Below, piece after piece: positions 42,400-57,122 of a stretch of 64,000 nt of DNA; the stretch's first letter is position 1, and every line of letters begins with the position of its first letter. A model generated the notes under the pieces. That model worked only from the letters and a program-made list of their open reading frames with translations. It searched no databases and was not told the DNA's origin. The DNA is from the human T2T-CHM13v2.0 reference genome, Homo sapiens: NCBI RefSeq assembly GCF_009914755.1, contig NC_060930.1, one strand, 5' to 3'. The position numbers were made by a program, and so were the translations under genes.

Positions 42400-44110
42400 T
42401 ATCCAGAGTCCTATGAAGTAGGGATTTCAATCCTCCAAGCCACCCTCTCCCATCTGCTAACAAGGATCAAGGCTTTTGTGGATGTAACTGGCTGTGGTTG
42501 ATGGGAACCCCTGTGATCCCTATGGGGTTACACATAGCTTCGGAGAGGGGAATGAACACACACACAGCAAAGGGAAACCATCTGGGCCTTTACTGAAACC
42601 ACTGGCTGACCCCTGGGTTAAAGTATGTATGTTCTGAGTACTGATGTTAATTACATACAGACATTGCTCAGACCCCATGTCACCTCACACTGCTGGAAAT
42701 TTGCCTTGACCTCGACTCTCACCAATGACCTTATGGGTAGTTTCTATGACCAGCTGACTTAAGAGGAAAATTCTGAGCTTCTTCATAAACATGCCAGCTT
42801 AGTGTGTTGGTGTGAGGCAGCAGTAGAGTGTGTCTGCAGTGTGGGCAACTCAGGAATGAGCAGAGACAGTGCTGAAGAGGGTCCTGCCAATAGGCAGGTG
42901 GGGCTCTGATTTGCCCACTTTGTGTAGACAGAAGTGGCCTGAGGTGAGAACATGCACAGACTCATAGGCAACGGCAAATGGCTTAAATAGCGGGTCCGGG
43001 GCCTGGAAGGAGCAAGATAGGAAGATCAGGAACAGGAATATCTGGAAAGAGGCATACAGTAGATACAAAGTGCTTGGATCTTTTGTATCAGATGTTAATA
43101 CTCAGCAAAAATTACCCTCTATACAAGTAGTCTAAACAACCAGGTGTACAGGATGAATCATTTGGTACACATCAGCCAGCCTCTGTCCTTAACCATCCCA
43201 GTGCTCATGAAACAGGCTCTTGAAAGCAGTATCTATGGTGGAAGAGATGCACTGTGGGTGGGTCCCAAGGCTTGGGCTCCCTTCAGCATGGCTGACGTGG
43301 TTATTGTCACAACCTACCTTCCAACGATAAATAAACTCCAACAGATTACCTTTGCTTATAGAGGCCAATGAGCAATTTGATGGCAAATTGATTCTACTCT
43401 TACTTTTTCACAATGAAAAAGGCAGGGGTTCTGTCAGATTTAGCTTGCCTTGTATTAGCGGTATGAGTTTGTTCTTTCTTCCCATAGTGCCACACTCAGA
43501 AACGTTATCTAAGGGCTCACATATGTATGATCTTCTAATAGGGGAACCACATAACATTGCCCCAGACTAAGGGACCTACTTTATAGCGAACGCTGTCTGG
43601 TAGTGGGCACACGACCATGAGATCTCCTGGTTCTACCCCATACTGCATCACACACGCTGCCAGCTGATAGAGCAGTGGAATGGTCTCTTGAGGGTGCAGC
43701 TGGGTTTTATCTTGAAGATCACATCCTATCAGGATGGGTAATGTCCTTCAGGATGAAGCATACACTTAGGCTATGGCAGCAGCTGTTACATAGTGCCAAG
43801 TCTCCAACAGGTAGAGTAAGTAAGTCTCTAACCACCAGTGCTGGAAGAAGGAATGACTATACTCACCAGCACTTCCGGTAACCCGCGTGGGGTGTTGGTG
43901 CTTCCCATCCCCTCAACGTACTCAGCTGGTCTAGGAGTTTGGGATCCCAGAGAAGGAAGTTCCTACCATGGAACAGAGTACAAGTTACATTACGTTTAGG
44001 GGTATGTTTGTTACCTGTTCAATTTGGGTTCCTCATGCTAGGAGGCTGTTGGGAAAAGGAGGGGTTACTGTATAAGCAGGGATAATTGATCGTGATTATT
44101 ATGAGGAGCA
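42400..44110 (+). mobile_element. Highly degenerate ERV-L/MaLR-class internal (pol/integrase) remnant
   Basis: Integrase-like relics ATTGCCCCAGACTAAGGGACCTACTTT (about IASDQGTHF) and CTGATAGAGCAGTGGAATGGTCTCTTG (about LIERWNGLL). Confidence 0.6.
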
Positions 44111-44319
44111 GAACTTTAATTTCTGTCTTAATTTCTTGCTGAAACTGGTAACAGTGGTTGCATCCAGGCAAGGAATTTGGAAGAATTGTGGATGGGGTGG
44201 AGAACGAAATTTGCTTTGCACACTATACACATTTTTATTATTATAATCTTTTAAATATTGTTCTTGTATTAGCTATACAAAATAAATTTTAAATTACGAA
44301 TCAACCCCACATTTATCTA

Positions 44320-45332
<1,013 letters not shown>

Positions 45333-46814
45333 AACCTCACATTTATCTAGCAAACATTTATTAGGCAGTTACTATGTGTCAGGGTCTCCTAGGCCTCAAT
45401 GAGTGAAACATCAAAGATTCCACAAGGGGACTAAAAAAACAGCTAAATGCAGGCTACTATAATTAGTGCGGGAAAACTGCTTCCAAGAGGATGCAATGTC
45501 TAAACAGAGAACTGGATGAGGAACACAGTTAATCCAGGTGAATGGCAGGAGAAATCTTTTAGGGAATCAGTATCACAAACAAAGGCTCAGAAGAAAGAAC
45601 ACACAGGGAGTCTGGGGGAACTGTCAGCAGTTCAGGGTAGAGATTAGAGAAAGAGGAGCACAGGGGCAAAAAGCAAGCTTGGAGCAGTGAGCAGATTCAA
45701 TGACTAAGGCTTGTGGGGTTGGGGAGAACCTTTGGCTTTTATCCGAGGACAATGTGCAGCACTGGCAGCACTGAAGTCAGGAAGAACCTTGATCAGATCT
45801 GCATTCCAGAATATCACTTTGGTGAAGTGTGAAGAATGACCTGAGAGATGCTAGACTGAATACATGGAGAAGAAGAGGTTCGGGGAAACCCTGGCGGGAA
45901 CTGTAGGGAGAATGTTAGGATGGAGGAAAAGGTAGAAAGGACCCTGAGAGATCTGAGTAATCAAGACCCAGTGTTTCACACATGGAAAATGAGGTGGAAA
46001 AGGAGAAAGGTCCCCATGTGAACAGCACTCCATCTGGAAAAATGACATAAAACAAGGGAATTTGGCCCATGACATAAGAGGTCCTTGGGCTCACATGGTA
46101 TTGAGTGATCAGGGAGGAGTTTAGTTGAGTTCACCTCTACAGACAGGTATTGAGTGCCAGGTATGCTGTCATCAGGGTCATAAGGAAATCAAAGGTATCT
46201 GCCTCATATCTTTGTGACTTACATGTCTGATCCTGCTTAAGAACTATGCCAATCCCCGACTTTCTAGGACCCCCAGTAATTTTGTCGTGTCCATGTGGGA
46301 AGTGAGCTGAGGCTTGGCAAGAGGATCTTAGCCCATATGGTCCAAAAAATAGTAGAAATATTTCTTTAGAAGACACAAATTCCCTAATTAAATGGACTAA
46401 TTTATCCATACAAGAGAAATAAAATCACTAAAAAATAAACTGAGTGAAGGAAAAGAAATCAATAAAGTGTAATTACCAGAAGTTCGTGGGATTCTGCATG
46501 AAAACAAGCTTGAAGAAATAGTGAAAGCAGAAGATTTGCCTAACAGTATGACACTCGAATGAAAAAAAAACCAGATAGGTTTAGTGGTGTTGCTTCTTTA
46601 CAGATGCAGGAGGTTTGAAAAGTAATAGAGAAAAACATTTGGAGAGAACGCCATCTTAGCTTTCACACAGAATGCAAGACCAGCCTTTCCAGTGGGCGTC
46701 TCTTGATTTTTGTTTCCAGGGATTCGATTTCATAAACACAGCTCAGCTCTGCAGATCATCTGGCCCAGTCCAGGACCCGGGTTTGTAATGATCTTGTTCA
46801 GTCATGGTCCAGCC

Positions 46815-47332
46815 TGTGTATAGAGACCCTAAGATGATGCCCGGTGATCCTGTCTCTTGGCATCTCATCCAGCTGAGAACCGATGGGGCCTAAACTTGCT
46901 TCTAACCAATAGAAAGTGACAAAAATGATGTCACTTCCGTGATGAGGTCATATTACAGCCGCACTTCTGTATTACTAGATGACTCTGTCTTCTACCTTCT
47001 TTGTTTGCAAGTTTTGATGAAGCAGAAAGGCCCATGTGGCAAGGAACTGAAGTCAGCCTCTGGCCACCAGCCAGTAAGGAACTGAGGCTGTCAGTCTAAC
47101 AGGCATGGAGGAATGAATCCTGCCAACAATTGCTTGAGCTTGGAAGTGGATCCTTCCCCAGTTCAGCCTCCAGATAAGACCCAGCCATGGCACTCTGATG
47201 AAAATCATGTGAGAAAGCTGCATAGCTGTGTCTGGATTCCTGACCCATAGAAATGTGGGATAATACATGTGTGTTGTTGTAAGCTGCTAAGTTTGTGGCA
47301 ATTTCTTACATAGCAATGGATAGCTGAAAACA
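46815..47332 (+). mobile_element. MLT1 (MaLR) LTR
   Basis: CCATGTGGCAAGGAACTGA, GGATTCCTGACCCATAGAAA and AAGCTGCTAAGTTTGTGG motifs. Confidence 0.75.
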
Positions 47333-48427
47333 CCTCCCACAGCTTTCACTGAGTTAAGCGACCCTTGGGGCCAGTTAGAACTTATCTCATCCCCTTCCCT
47401 GTGGCAGCCCTTATCTTTCTCATAGGTTGACATCCCACTTTCTCTTTACCAGTGTGAATGTCAAGTTCTCTTACTATCTCCGTCACTCTCCTCTCACACC
47501 ATCCAGGAGGCCCCACTAGGGAGTGGCAGGCAGAGAGGAGGAAGTGTGGGGTGTGGGTAGACTCCTCCTCATGGTTCAACCTTGAGTGCAGGTATTACCA
47601 GTTGGAAGAAGAGAGGTCAGGAACCAGTAGGGATTGGATGGAGATGAGTGAACACCCCACCACTCTCAGGCCCATGCAGGCTGTGAAATAAAACCGTGAT
47701 GAATAGACTCTGCATGGCCCCTGCTGGTCTTTACCCTTCAGCATTCTAGATAGTGCACCTCATATGCCATGATGCAAACACCATTGACTCCCTCCAGGGC
47801 AGATATAAATCTCCCTTTCCCCCGCATCCAGCAAGCACACTCCATCAGCCTATGGGTCACTTCAACCCCATGACTCCCCAGTCGGGACTGTGGCAAATGC
47901 AATAGACTTCAGTCCAGTCTCTGTGCCTGGAGAAGAAAGGGAAGCTGGTCAGAGCCCACAGGAGGAGGTGACCCACAGGGAGCCAGTAGTAGGTGGGTGT
48001 GAGGGTGAGTATGACAGAGCAGTTACTTGGGCTCAGCAGTCAGACTGTCTCCTTAGAGTCATGAGTCAGCCCATTGACAGTTACTAAACTTCCTAGTGAC
48101 CTCAGTTTCCTTGTCTGTAAAATGGGGCTGATAGCTGTCTCTAGGTCATAGGGCTCTTGTGAGGTTTAAATGATTTAATTCATGTAAATCCCTTAGGAAC
48201 GTGACTGACACTTTTTTTAAGGTACAATTCTGTAAAAGAGTGGGACCCATCCATTTAGGTCCTGTTTCCTTATTCCAGGTGTGATGAAACCAGCTCTCCC
48301 CAACACTTATCCTGACCCCCGTTCTATGCCTGCAGGTGGAGCGCTGTTCTGTCCCCTACAACCTATGGTGTGGGGGGCAACCAGGAAAAGGCCAGGGTGG
48401 TGCCAAGTATGAGGAAGTCACAGAGTA

Positions 48428-48585
48428 ACACACACACATACACACATACATACCCATACCTGCTTATATACATAAATATGTACAGATACATACATATACG
48501 CACTTATAAACACGCACATACACATAGATGCCCATACCTGTTTATACATCCACATGTGCACAGACAGACACACACACATTACACA
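48428..48585. repeat. Low-complexity (CA/TA)-rich tract
   Basis: Degenerate ACAC/ATAC repeats. Confidence 0.8.
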
Positions 48586-49076
48586 GTCCCAATTCCTTGA
48601 TTCAGTTTGGGGCCTGGGTAATTCCAGTTCAATCTCTTTTAAGAAATTTAAGAATCTGAAAGAGAAAGACCTGAGAATTTTTGTCCCACAAGAGACAGAC
48701 CCACTTCCCAGGCACTGTGGGACTTTCTGAGCCCCATGTGGCCCTGCTCCTGGAAGCTCATGGAGGAGCGGGAAAATCTGACTTAACATCAAGGTTCTGA
48801 AGTCCAGAGGCAGCCCTAGGAACTGGCCTTCCCTGGGTACCAGGCCTCCGGGAGTCCAGCAGGTCCCCTTCCTCCTATCTCACTTATGACGTCTCAGCCT
48901 GCCTTCCACAGCCAAGGGCCCCTCCCAGGCTTTGCTGCACAGCAGGAATCTCCACGGGGCTCTAGAAGGAACAGGGACAGAGTTTAACTTAACCCCCTCG
49001 GGTGATGCACCCTCAGGTCCAGTTTTTTGGTTCTAACATTGGTGATACCACTTTTCAGTCTTAAAATGTCTTTTTC

Positions 49077-49449
<373 letters not shown>

Positions 49450-49743
49450 CTATTAGAACCTAGCAGTCCTTCGTGGTACTTTCATCTACTGTGTCTCTGC
49501 CGATTCCGTTTCCTGGTGTTTTATCTTCTGGTTGGGTTAAAGATTATATGTAATTGTTGGGCACAGAGGGCCAGGAAAGAAAAAGATTCCCGGTGAAGCT
49601 GGACCCAAGTACATCACTGTTGACAAGGGTAACTACTGTCCTTTCCTATTTACCTCCCTGCACTCCTTCTTCTCTGTCCTCCCTCCCCACCCACCCATGG
49701 GAGAGCCTCAGGAGCCTGGGCCAGAATCCCCAACCCCGCAGTA

Positions 49744-49803
49744 GGGAGGAGGAGGAGGAGGCGGCGACGGAGGAGGAGAAGGAGGAGGAGGAGGAGACGG
49801 AGA
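49744..49803 (+). repeat. (GGA)n-rich simple repeat
   Basis: GGAGGAGGAGGAGGAGGCGGCGACGGAGGAGGAGAAGGAGG... Confidence 0.9.
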
Positions 49804-49899
49804 CTGTTCGGTCTCCTCTTTCCTCAAATATGGATGCCTCCAAGGAACATAATTCCAGCTCCAAGAGGTCCTGACGTGGGGCCTGGAGGACCCCAGTAC

Positions 49900-50900
49900 C
49901 TGCCGGCAGCATCATCTCCTTGCCATGCTCCAGGTGTCTGAGCAGCCACCTAGTGCAGTGACCCATCGGGGCTTCCCTTGTGGCCTCCGCGGTCCAGAAC
50001 CTCTCCCAGGTGTGATGGATCCTCCAAGCCGCTCTTTGAGCCGCTGTCCAGGTCTGCAGGTCCTCGTTCAGGGACATGAAATCTCCTTGTCGTAGGCGGA
50101 CTTAAAGTGTCCTTCGAGGAAGCTCCTGTCCGGAGCCACCACCCAGCCAGACAGCAGCATCTGCAGGTGCGGTGCCCTGGACCTGCCCCAGGGTGAGCCG
50201 GAGGCGGGGCCAGGGAGGGGAGGGAGGTCGCCCCGCCCACCCCAGCTCCTTCCTCCCTCTGTCATTGGTCACAGAACAAGTCAGTCATGATCCAGATTGA
50301 AGGAGAAACCTGGAGCAAAATGGCCCCAGCGCTTCCCCACCTGAGAGGGATCAGCTGAGGCCCCGCCCCCCCATCCCTGGGAGAACCGGGCTGGTCACTC
50401 TGGGGTCGGGGCGGGGCACACCTGTGCCCGGAATCTGAGGTCACTCACCGGCTGACCCTGGTGGTGGTGCGGGCCCAGGAACCTCAGGCCCCTCAGTAAC
50501 ACATTCCCTGCGGTCTTCGAGAACTTTCCTCAGGGCGCCCACAGCCCTGTGCCATCTTCTCCACCCGCGCTTCACGCTCTGATTCTCGCCGCGGCTGTGG
50601 AAGCTCAGGAATCGCGTGTCGCCCACGAAGGCGCCGCGGAGGAACTCAGGGCCCACGTGGTGAAGGCGGAGCCCGGCGGCCTTCAAGTACCCGGGGTGCG
50701 GGCCTGGGCTCCGGGAACCCGCACATTGCGGGCGGAAGAGGCGCAGGGTGCCTGGGACCCCGCCCCGCTCCCCTCTCTCCTGGACGCCGTCGCCCTGCCT
50801 CCCCGCGGGGACACAGCCTCCCTCCCACGTCCCGCCCGGCACCGGAGCCGCTCACTTGGGAGCTTCTTACTGTGTGGGGGGAGCTGGGGAGGGGACAGAG
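49900..50900 (-). pseudogene. Divergent unprocessed MHC class I-like gene fragment: exon1-like donor at 50855, alpha1-like exon 50703-50449, alpha2-like exon 50176-49900
   Basis: alpha1-like GPHP..YL...PEFLRGAFVGDTRFLSFHS. alpha2-like HLQMLLSGWVVAPDRSFLEGHFKSAYD / LNEDLQTWTAAQRAA...CTRWLLRHLEHGKEML. Donors GTGAGC, GTGAGT and GTACTG lie at class I positions. Frameshifted; no alpha3 exon seen. Confidence 0.88.
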
Positions 50901-51183
50901 GGACGGGAACCAGGGGAGGGTGGCTTGGGGCGGCGGCTCTGGGAGAAGTGACCTGAGGAGTCTGCAGATCCCAGCCCGGGACGGAGGCGCCGCGAGAGGA
51001 GCTACTAAGCCCTCCAAGCCGCCCTTTCCCTCTTGCCTCCCCAGCCCAGTTCATCCTGATCTTCTCACCAGCCCAGTTCTCCCCAAGGTCAGGGCCCACA
51101 GAGGAACAGGAAGGGGGTTCCGGGACACAGGATCCGGCTTCTCTGGGTATCTTGGAGTCCAGGAAGGATCCTGGAGATCTCCC

Positions 51184-51240
51184 ACTTTATGAAGCTCATC
51201 CTCCACTGACTCTGATGGCTTCTCTAGAACCCGAGACCAA
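51184..51240 (-). promoter_or_regulatory. Class I core-promoter remnant upstream of the class I-like pseudogene
   Basis: CTGATGGCTTCTCTAGAACCCGAGACCAA aligns with HLA-C CTGATTGGCTTCTCTAGAACCCGACACCCAAT (14297-14328); TATA-like ACTTTAT versus ACTTTAG. Confidence 0.7.
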
Positions 51241-53038
51241 CTGATAAAGGCGTCCCATCTGGACGCCCTTATCAGTCCTGGGGGAAAAACAAGAGCCAAG
51301 GGTGAGAGGTGGCCATGAGGTCAGGGAAACCCCTGCAGAATTCTCAGGAGAGGGAAATCTTCAGAGCTGTGGCTTTGGCTTAGTTTGTCTTCCCACCAGC
51401 CACCTGTCCTAGAGCTGGAGATGCTTAAGTTTAAACCAGAGACTTTGGATATTTTCCCTGAGTGACATAATCCTTGTCTTTCTCTCCTGGAATCGTGGGT
51501 CCAGACCATCACAGTGATCCAGTCGGCCCCCTCTCCTTCTTCTCTCACTCCAATCTCTCTCCCTGAGCTGGACTCTCCGCCCACCCTCACATTCTGGAAA
51601 AGTGCAGTGGTGTGAGCATGGCCCTGGGGCAGAATTGTCTGGGTGCAAACCCGGCTCCATCCCTACTTTTGTGTGATCTTCATTCCTATGGCATTAACTA
51701 TGAAAGGGAAAAATAACAGGCACAAGCCATGGATGTGTAGTCAGAATAAAATGAATTGGCATTTTTAAAGTGCGAAGACCACTATTTGACACATAGCACA
51801 ATAAAAGTGTAAAATGTTATCATTCTTGTCATTTCTTTAGGCCCTTTTTCTTGAGGTCTTCCTCTTCTCTTTGGGTTCCCATGAAAATTTACCCTGTTGG
51901 AAGTTGATGTCAGCAAGAGACCTCCTCTTGGGAAATGCTGGCTCAGTGTGGGGCCTCCCTTTTAGTAAAGGGAAAAACCGATGGTGGACCAGTAGCTAGT
52001 GAGTCAGAGTCCATTTTATTTAAACAAGATCACCTACCTAGAATTAACTCCATTTTGATAAGGACATGCATCTCACAGATAAGCCCAGTGTAATTTATGA
52101 GGAGATTGCTTTATTTGTGTAGAACTTACTCTAGTGCTTTTCATAGTCTTGCAACACATTTTGAATCCCTGGTTCTCATTTCACACTGACTGCCTCACAG
52201 AGTGAAGACGATGAGAAGTATCTTCATACTATATTCCCACGTTCGTCTATCGGAGTCACAGTCATATATTACATATGCAGATATTTTTCCTAGAAGTTTG
52301 AATTTATTGATGTAGATTTTAATCTGGAATAGATAGATATTACCTAACATTTTTGTTTTTATTACCTCTAAGTTACACATGCTTAAGTAGTCACTACTGA
52401 TACCTATGCATTTTCTCCCTTGGCATGTGACATTGACATAAAAATTGTACATTGTACTTTAGTTTTCAGCAATTATTAATTATGTAATTTGGATCATCCC
52501 TCCCATTGAGTACTACTGGACAAGTGGGAAAAGGGTACATATTTGAAAAATCTGATGGAAAGTATGAAGGGGCTAACCAAGCAGTAAAGATTTGCCAGGC
52601 CAGGAACCAGGAGAAGGCAGAAATCTAGAAGAGCAAGTTGAGCTGCAGGGTTGCTTTTGTCCTGGGTGATGTTGGCTGCTCTGGGCAGTGTCTGAGACCT
52701 TTGAGGGCTAGGTGGATAAAGTCTACATCTAAAGGCTGTGGGTGCATATGTGGCACTGTAAATCCCTGGGATTAGGATGGGTCCCAAAGGGCTGATCCAT
52801 AAGAGCAACACAGTCAGTTCTCAGGAGTGGCAGCTCAATTTTTGTTTGAGTGGTCCAGCAGTTTTCACTGCTCTTATTAAAAATTGTAATTGAGGATCTT
52901 CCCAGTGTCATAAAGAAGAAAAGAAATATACTTAAAAAGGTTTGAAAAGAAGGCACAAAACTCTTATAATTTGCAAATGGTAATATGCTGAATGCAGAAA
53001 ATACAAATGATTAGAACACTCTTGAAGTTAATAAGATA

Positions 53039-53046
53039 CATATATG

Positions 53047-53098
<52 letters not shown>

Positions 53099-53341
53099 TT
53101 TTTGAGACGGAGTCTCGCTCTGTCGCCCAGGCTGGAGTGCAGTGGCGAGATCTCGGCTCACTGCAAGCTCCGCCTCCCAGATTTACTTAGGCCATTCTCC
53201 TGCCTCAGCCTCCCGAGTAGCTGGGATTACAGGCGCCCGCCACCATGCCCGGCTAATTTTTTGTATTTTTAGTAGAGATGGGGTTTCACCATGTTAGCCA
53301 GGATGGTCTCGATCTCCTGACCTTGTGATCTGCCTGCCTCA
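53039..53341 (-). mobile_element. AluY (5'-truncated) with adjoining (TA)n microsatellite (53039-53081)
   Basis: T22 tail, AluY diagnostics; homology stops at CTGCCTGCCTC. Confidence 0.9.
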
Positions 53342-53624
53342 GATTCAAACTGAATGCATGATATGCACTCTTCTCTTTGATGTACTGTAACCCAAATACC
53401 ATGTGTAATAAAAGTTAAACTTTCATTAATAAAAGGGAATTATTGTTAGCACATCTTATGTTTTATTACAGATGATCAGGAAAAGATGAAAAGAAAGGTA
53501 TTTGCTCAATACATGTATGGATACATACACACAGACATAAATATCATTATAAAAACATAAAGAAGTAATGCTGATAACATTTACTGTCTTTATTTCTGTA
53601 AGTGCTCACATGGTTACAGCTGGT

Positions 53625-53946
<322 letters not shown>

Positions 53947-56683
53947 TAGTATTTATAAATACTTTTTTTTTGTTGTTTTTCACTAACCATCCCATATTCC
54001 CATTGCTTTCAGCAAGTCCCTCAGCTGATCAGGTTTCTTTTCCTGCTTGGATGACTTAAACCTTCATTCCTGAAGGGTATGGGTCATTAGTAGTCCTACC
54101 TGACTTAGGTTGTTGTAGTTTTTATTGACTTTAATTATAGGGCAGAGTATTACTAAGAGATGCTCTAAAAGACCTCCTGTGTTCCAGACATAGTCCTATT
54201 TACTGCCATTGTGTAGTAGCAGACCAATTCCCCCTGATGACCAGGACCAATCACCCCAGACAGTGCAGTAACTCCTTCCTTTGTTGATTCAGAATCATGA
54301 GGAGCTGAAGGGCCCAGGTGGCTGTCTTAGCTTCCAGCTGAATGGTTCATTTCTGTGTCTCCTGTAGGATCATTCCTCCTTTTGTAAACCTCTAGATCCT
54401 GATCCTGTTCCTCCTGACTGGGCAAGATCTCCCAACCAGGGTCTCCAGCACCTCCTACAGGTGTGTTCAGGCTGGCAACATGTCTGTACTTTTCCTGGAA
54501 CAGACCTCCCAGAAGAAGGGGCAGACTGCCATCTTTCCTGTTACATAGCCTTCAATGGTGATACCTTCAGGTACTGGAAAATCTGAGGCAACTAGGGACT
54601 GGAGCAGGCCCCCAGCAAACTGTAGCAGCCCTGCAGAAAAGTGGCCAGAATGTTAAAAGAGAAAACAAAAGAAGAGAAAAAAAAAATCCACTCAAAGGTC
54701 AGCAACCTCAAACATTGAGGGTAGATAAGCCCATAAAGATGAGAAGAAATCAGCGAAAGAATTTGATAACCAACCTGACAGAGCTGAAAAACACACTATA
54801 AGAATTTCATAGTGCACTCACAAGTATTAATAGCAGAATAGAGCAAGTGGAGAAAAGAATCTCAGTGCTTGAAGACTGGCTTTCTGAAATAAGACAAGAA
54901 GATGAGACTAGAGAAAAAATAATGAAAAGGAATGAACAAAACATCTGAAAAACATGGGATTATGTAAAGAAACTGAATGTATGAATGATTGGTGTACCTG
55001 AAAGAGATGGGGAGAATGGAATCAATTTGGAAAACATTTCAGGATATGATCCATGAGAACTTCCCCAACCTAGCTAGACAGGCCAACATTCAAATTCAGA
55101 AATGCAGAGGACCCCAGTAAGTTACTCCATTAGAAGATCATCCCCAAGATAAATAATCATCAGATGCTCCAAGGTTAAAATGAAAGAAAAAATAAGAAGG
55201 GTATCCAGAGAGAAAGGCCAGATCACCTACAAAGGGAAGCCCATCAGACTAACAGTGGATCTCTCAGTGGAAATCCTATAAGCCAGAAGAGATTGAGGGC
55301 CAATATTCAACATTCTTAAAGAAAAGAGTTTCCAACCCAGAATTTCATATCCAACCAAACTAAGCTTCATAAGCAAAGGAGAAATCAGATTCTTTTCAGG
55401 CAAACAAATGCCAAGGGAATTCATGACTACCAGACCTGCATTACAAGAACTCCTGAAGGAAGCACTAAACATGGAAAGACAGTTACCAGTCACTACAAAA
55501 ACACAATGAAGTACACAGACTAGTGACACAATAAAACAACTGCATAAGCAAGTCTTCAAAGTAACTAGTTAACATCATGATGACAGGATCAAATCCATAC
55601 ATATCAATACTAACCCTAAATGTAAATGGGCTAAATGCCCCATTTAAAAGACATAGAGTGGCAAGCTGGATAAAGAACCAAGACCTATCAGTATGCTGTC
55701 TTCAATACACCGATTTCACATGCAATGACACACATAGGCTCAAAATAAAAAGATGGAAGAAAATTTACCAAGCAAATGGAAAGCAGAAAAAAAGCCAGGG
55801 TTGCAACCATTGTTTCTGACAAAACAGGCGTTAAACCAAAAAAGATAAAAAAAGACAAAGAAGGGCATTACATAATGGTAAAGGGTTCAATTCAACAAGG
55901 AGATCTAACTATCTGAAATATATATGCATCCTATACAGGAACACCCACATTCATAAAGTAGGTTCCTAGAGACCTTGAAAGAGACTTAGAATCTCACACA
56001 ATAATAGTAAGAGATTTTAATACTCCACTGACAATATTAGACAGATTATTAAGACAGAAAATTAACGAAGATATTCAGGACCTGAACTCAGCCCTGCATC
56101 AAATGGACCTGATAAATATCTACAGAAGTCTTCACCCCAAAGCAATGGAATATACATTTTTTGCATTGTCACATGGCACTTACTCTAAAATCGATCACAC
56201 AATTGGAAGTAAAACACTCCTCAGCAAATGCAAAAGAACTGAAATCATAACAAATAGTCACTTGGACCACAATGCAATCAGATTCAAAATAAAGACTAAG
56301 AAATTCACTCAAACCATACAATTACATAGAAATTGAATAACCTGTTCTTGAACGACTTTTGGGTAAATAATGAAATTAAGGCACAAATCAAGAAGTTCTT
56401 TGAAAATAATTAGAACAAAGATACAATGTACCAGAATCTCTGGGAAACAGCTAAGGCAGTGTTAAGAGAGAAATTTATAGCATTAAATGCCCACATCAAA
56501 AAGTTAGAAAGATTTCAAGTTAACAACCTAAAATCACAACCAAAAGAACTTGAGAACAAAGAGCAAACATATCCCTAAGCTAGCAGAAGACAAGACATAA
56601 TAATAAAAAATTAACAAAGGTATTGTCTCCTGAAGGAGACAGAGACATGAAAAACCACTCAAAAGATCAACGAATTCAGGAGG

Positions 56684-56991
<308 letters not shown>

Positions 56992-57122
56992 ACTACCACT
57001 GACATTCTTCACAGAACTAGAAAAAACTATTTTAAAATTCACCTGGAACCAAAAAAGAGCCTGAATAGCCAAGGCAATCCTAAACAAAAGGAACAAAGCT
57101 GGAGGCATTACACTACCTGATT

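Larger units (their letters stand above)
36040..43800 (-). ncRNA. LINC02571: Approximate position of an annotated lncRNA between HLA-C and HLA-B (exons not resolvable from sequence)
   Basis: Mostly recalled locus order. The only sequence support is minus-strand AATAAA signals at about 36043-36052. Confidence 0.3.

Noticed and set aside
47735-47930. Minus-strand segment with a good acceptor (TTCTTCTCCAG) and a possible donor, downstream of the class I relic
   Set aside because: No frame resembles an alpha3 Ig domain or any protein I recognise; could be a chance splice-like signal
49554-50077. Acidic (poly-E) and Ser-rich ORFs
   Set aside because: These are translations of the (GGA)n repeat; the minus ORF simply reads through the exon 3 donor of the class I relic
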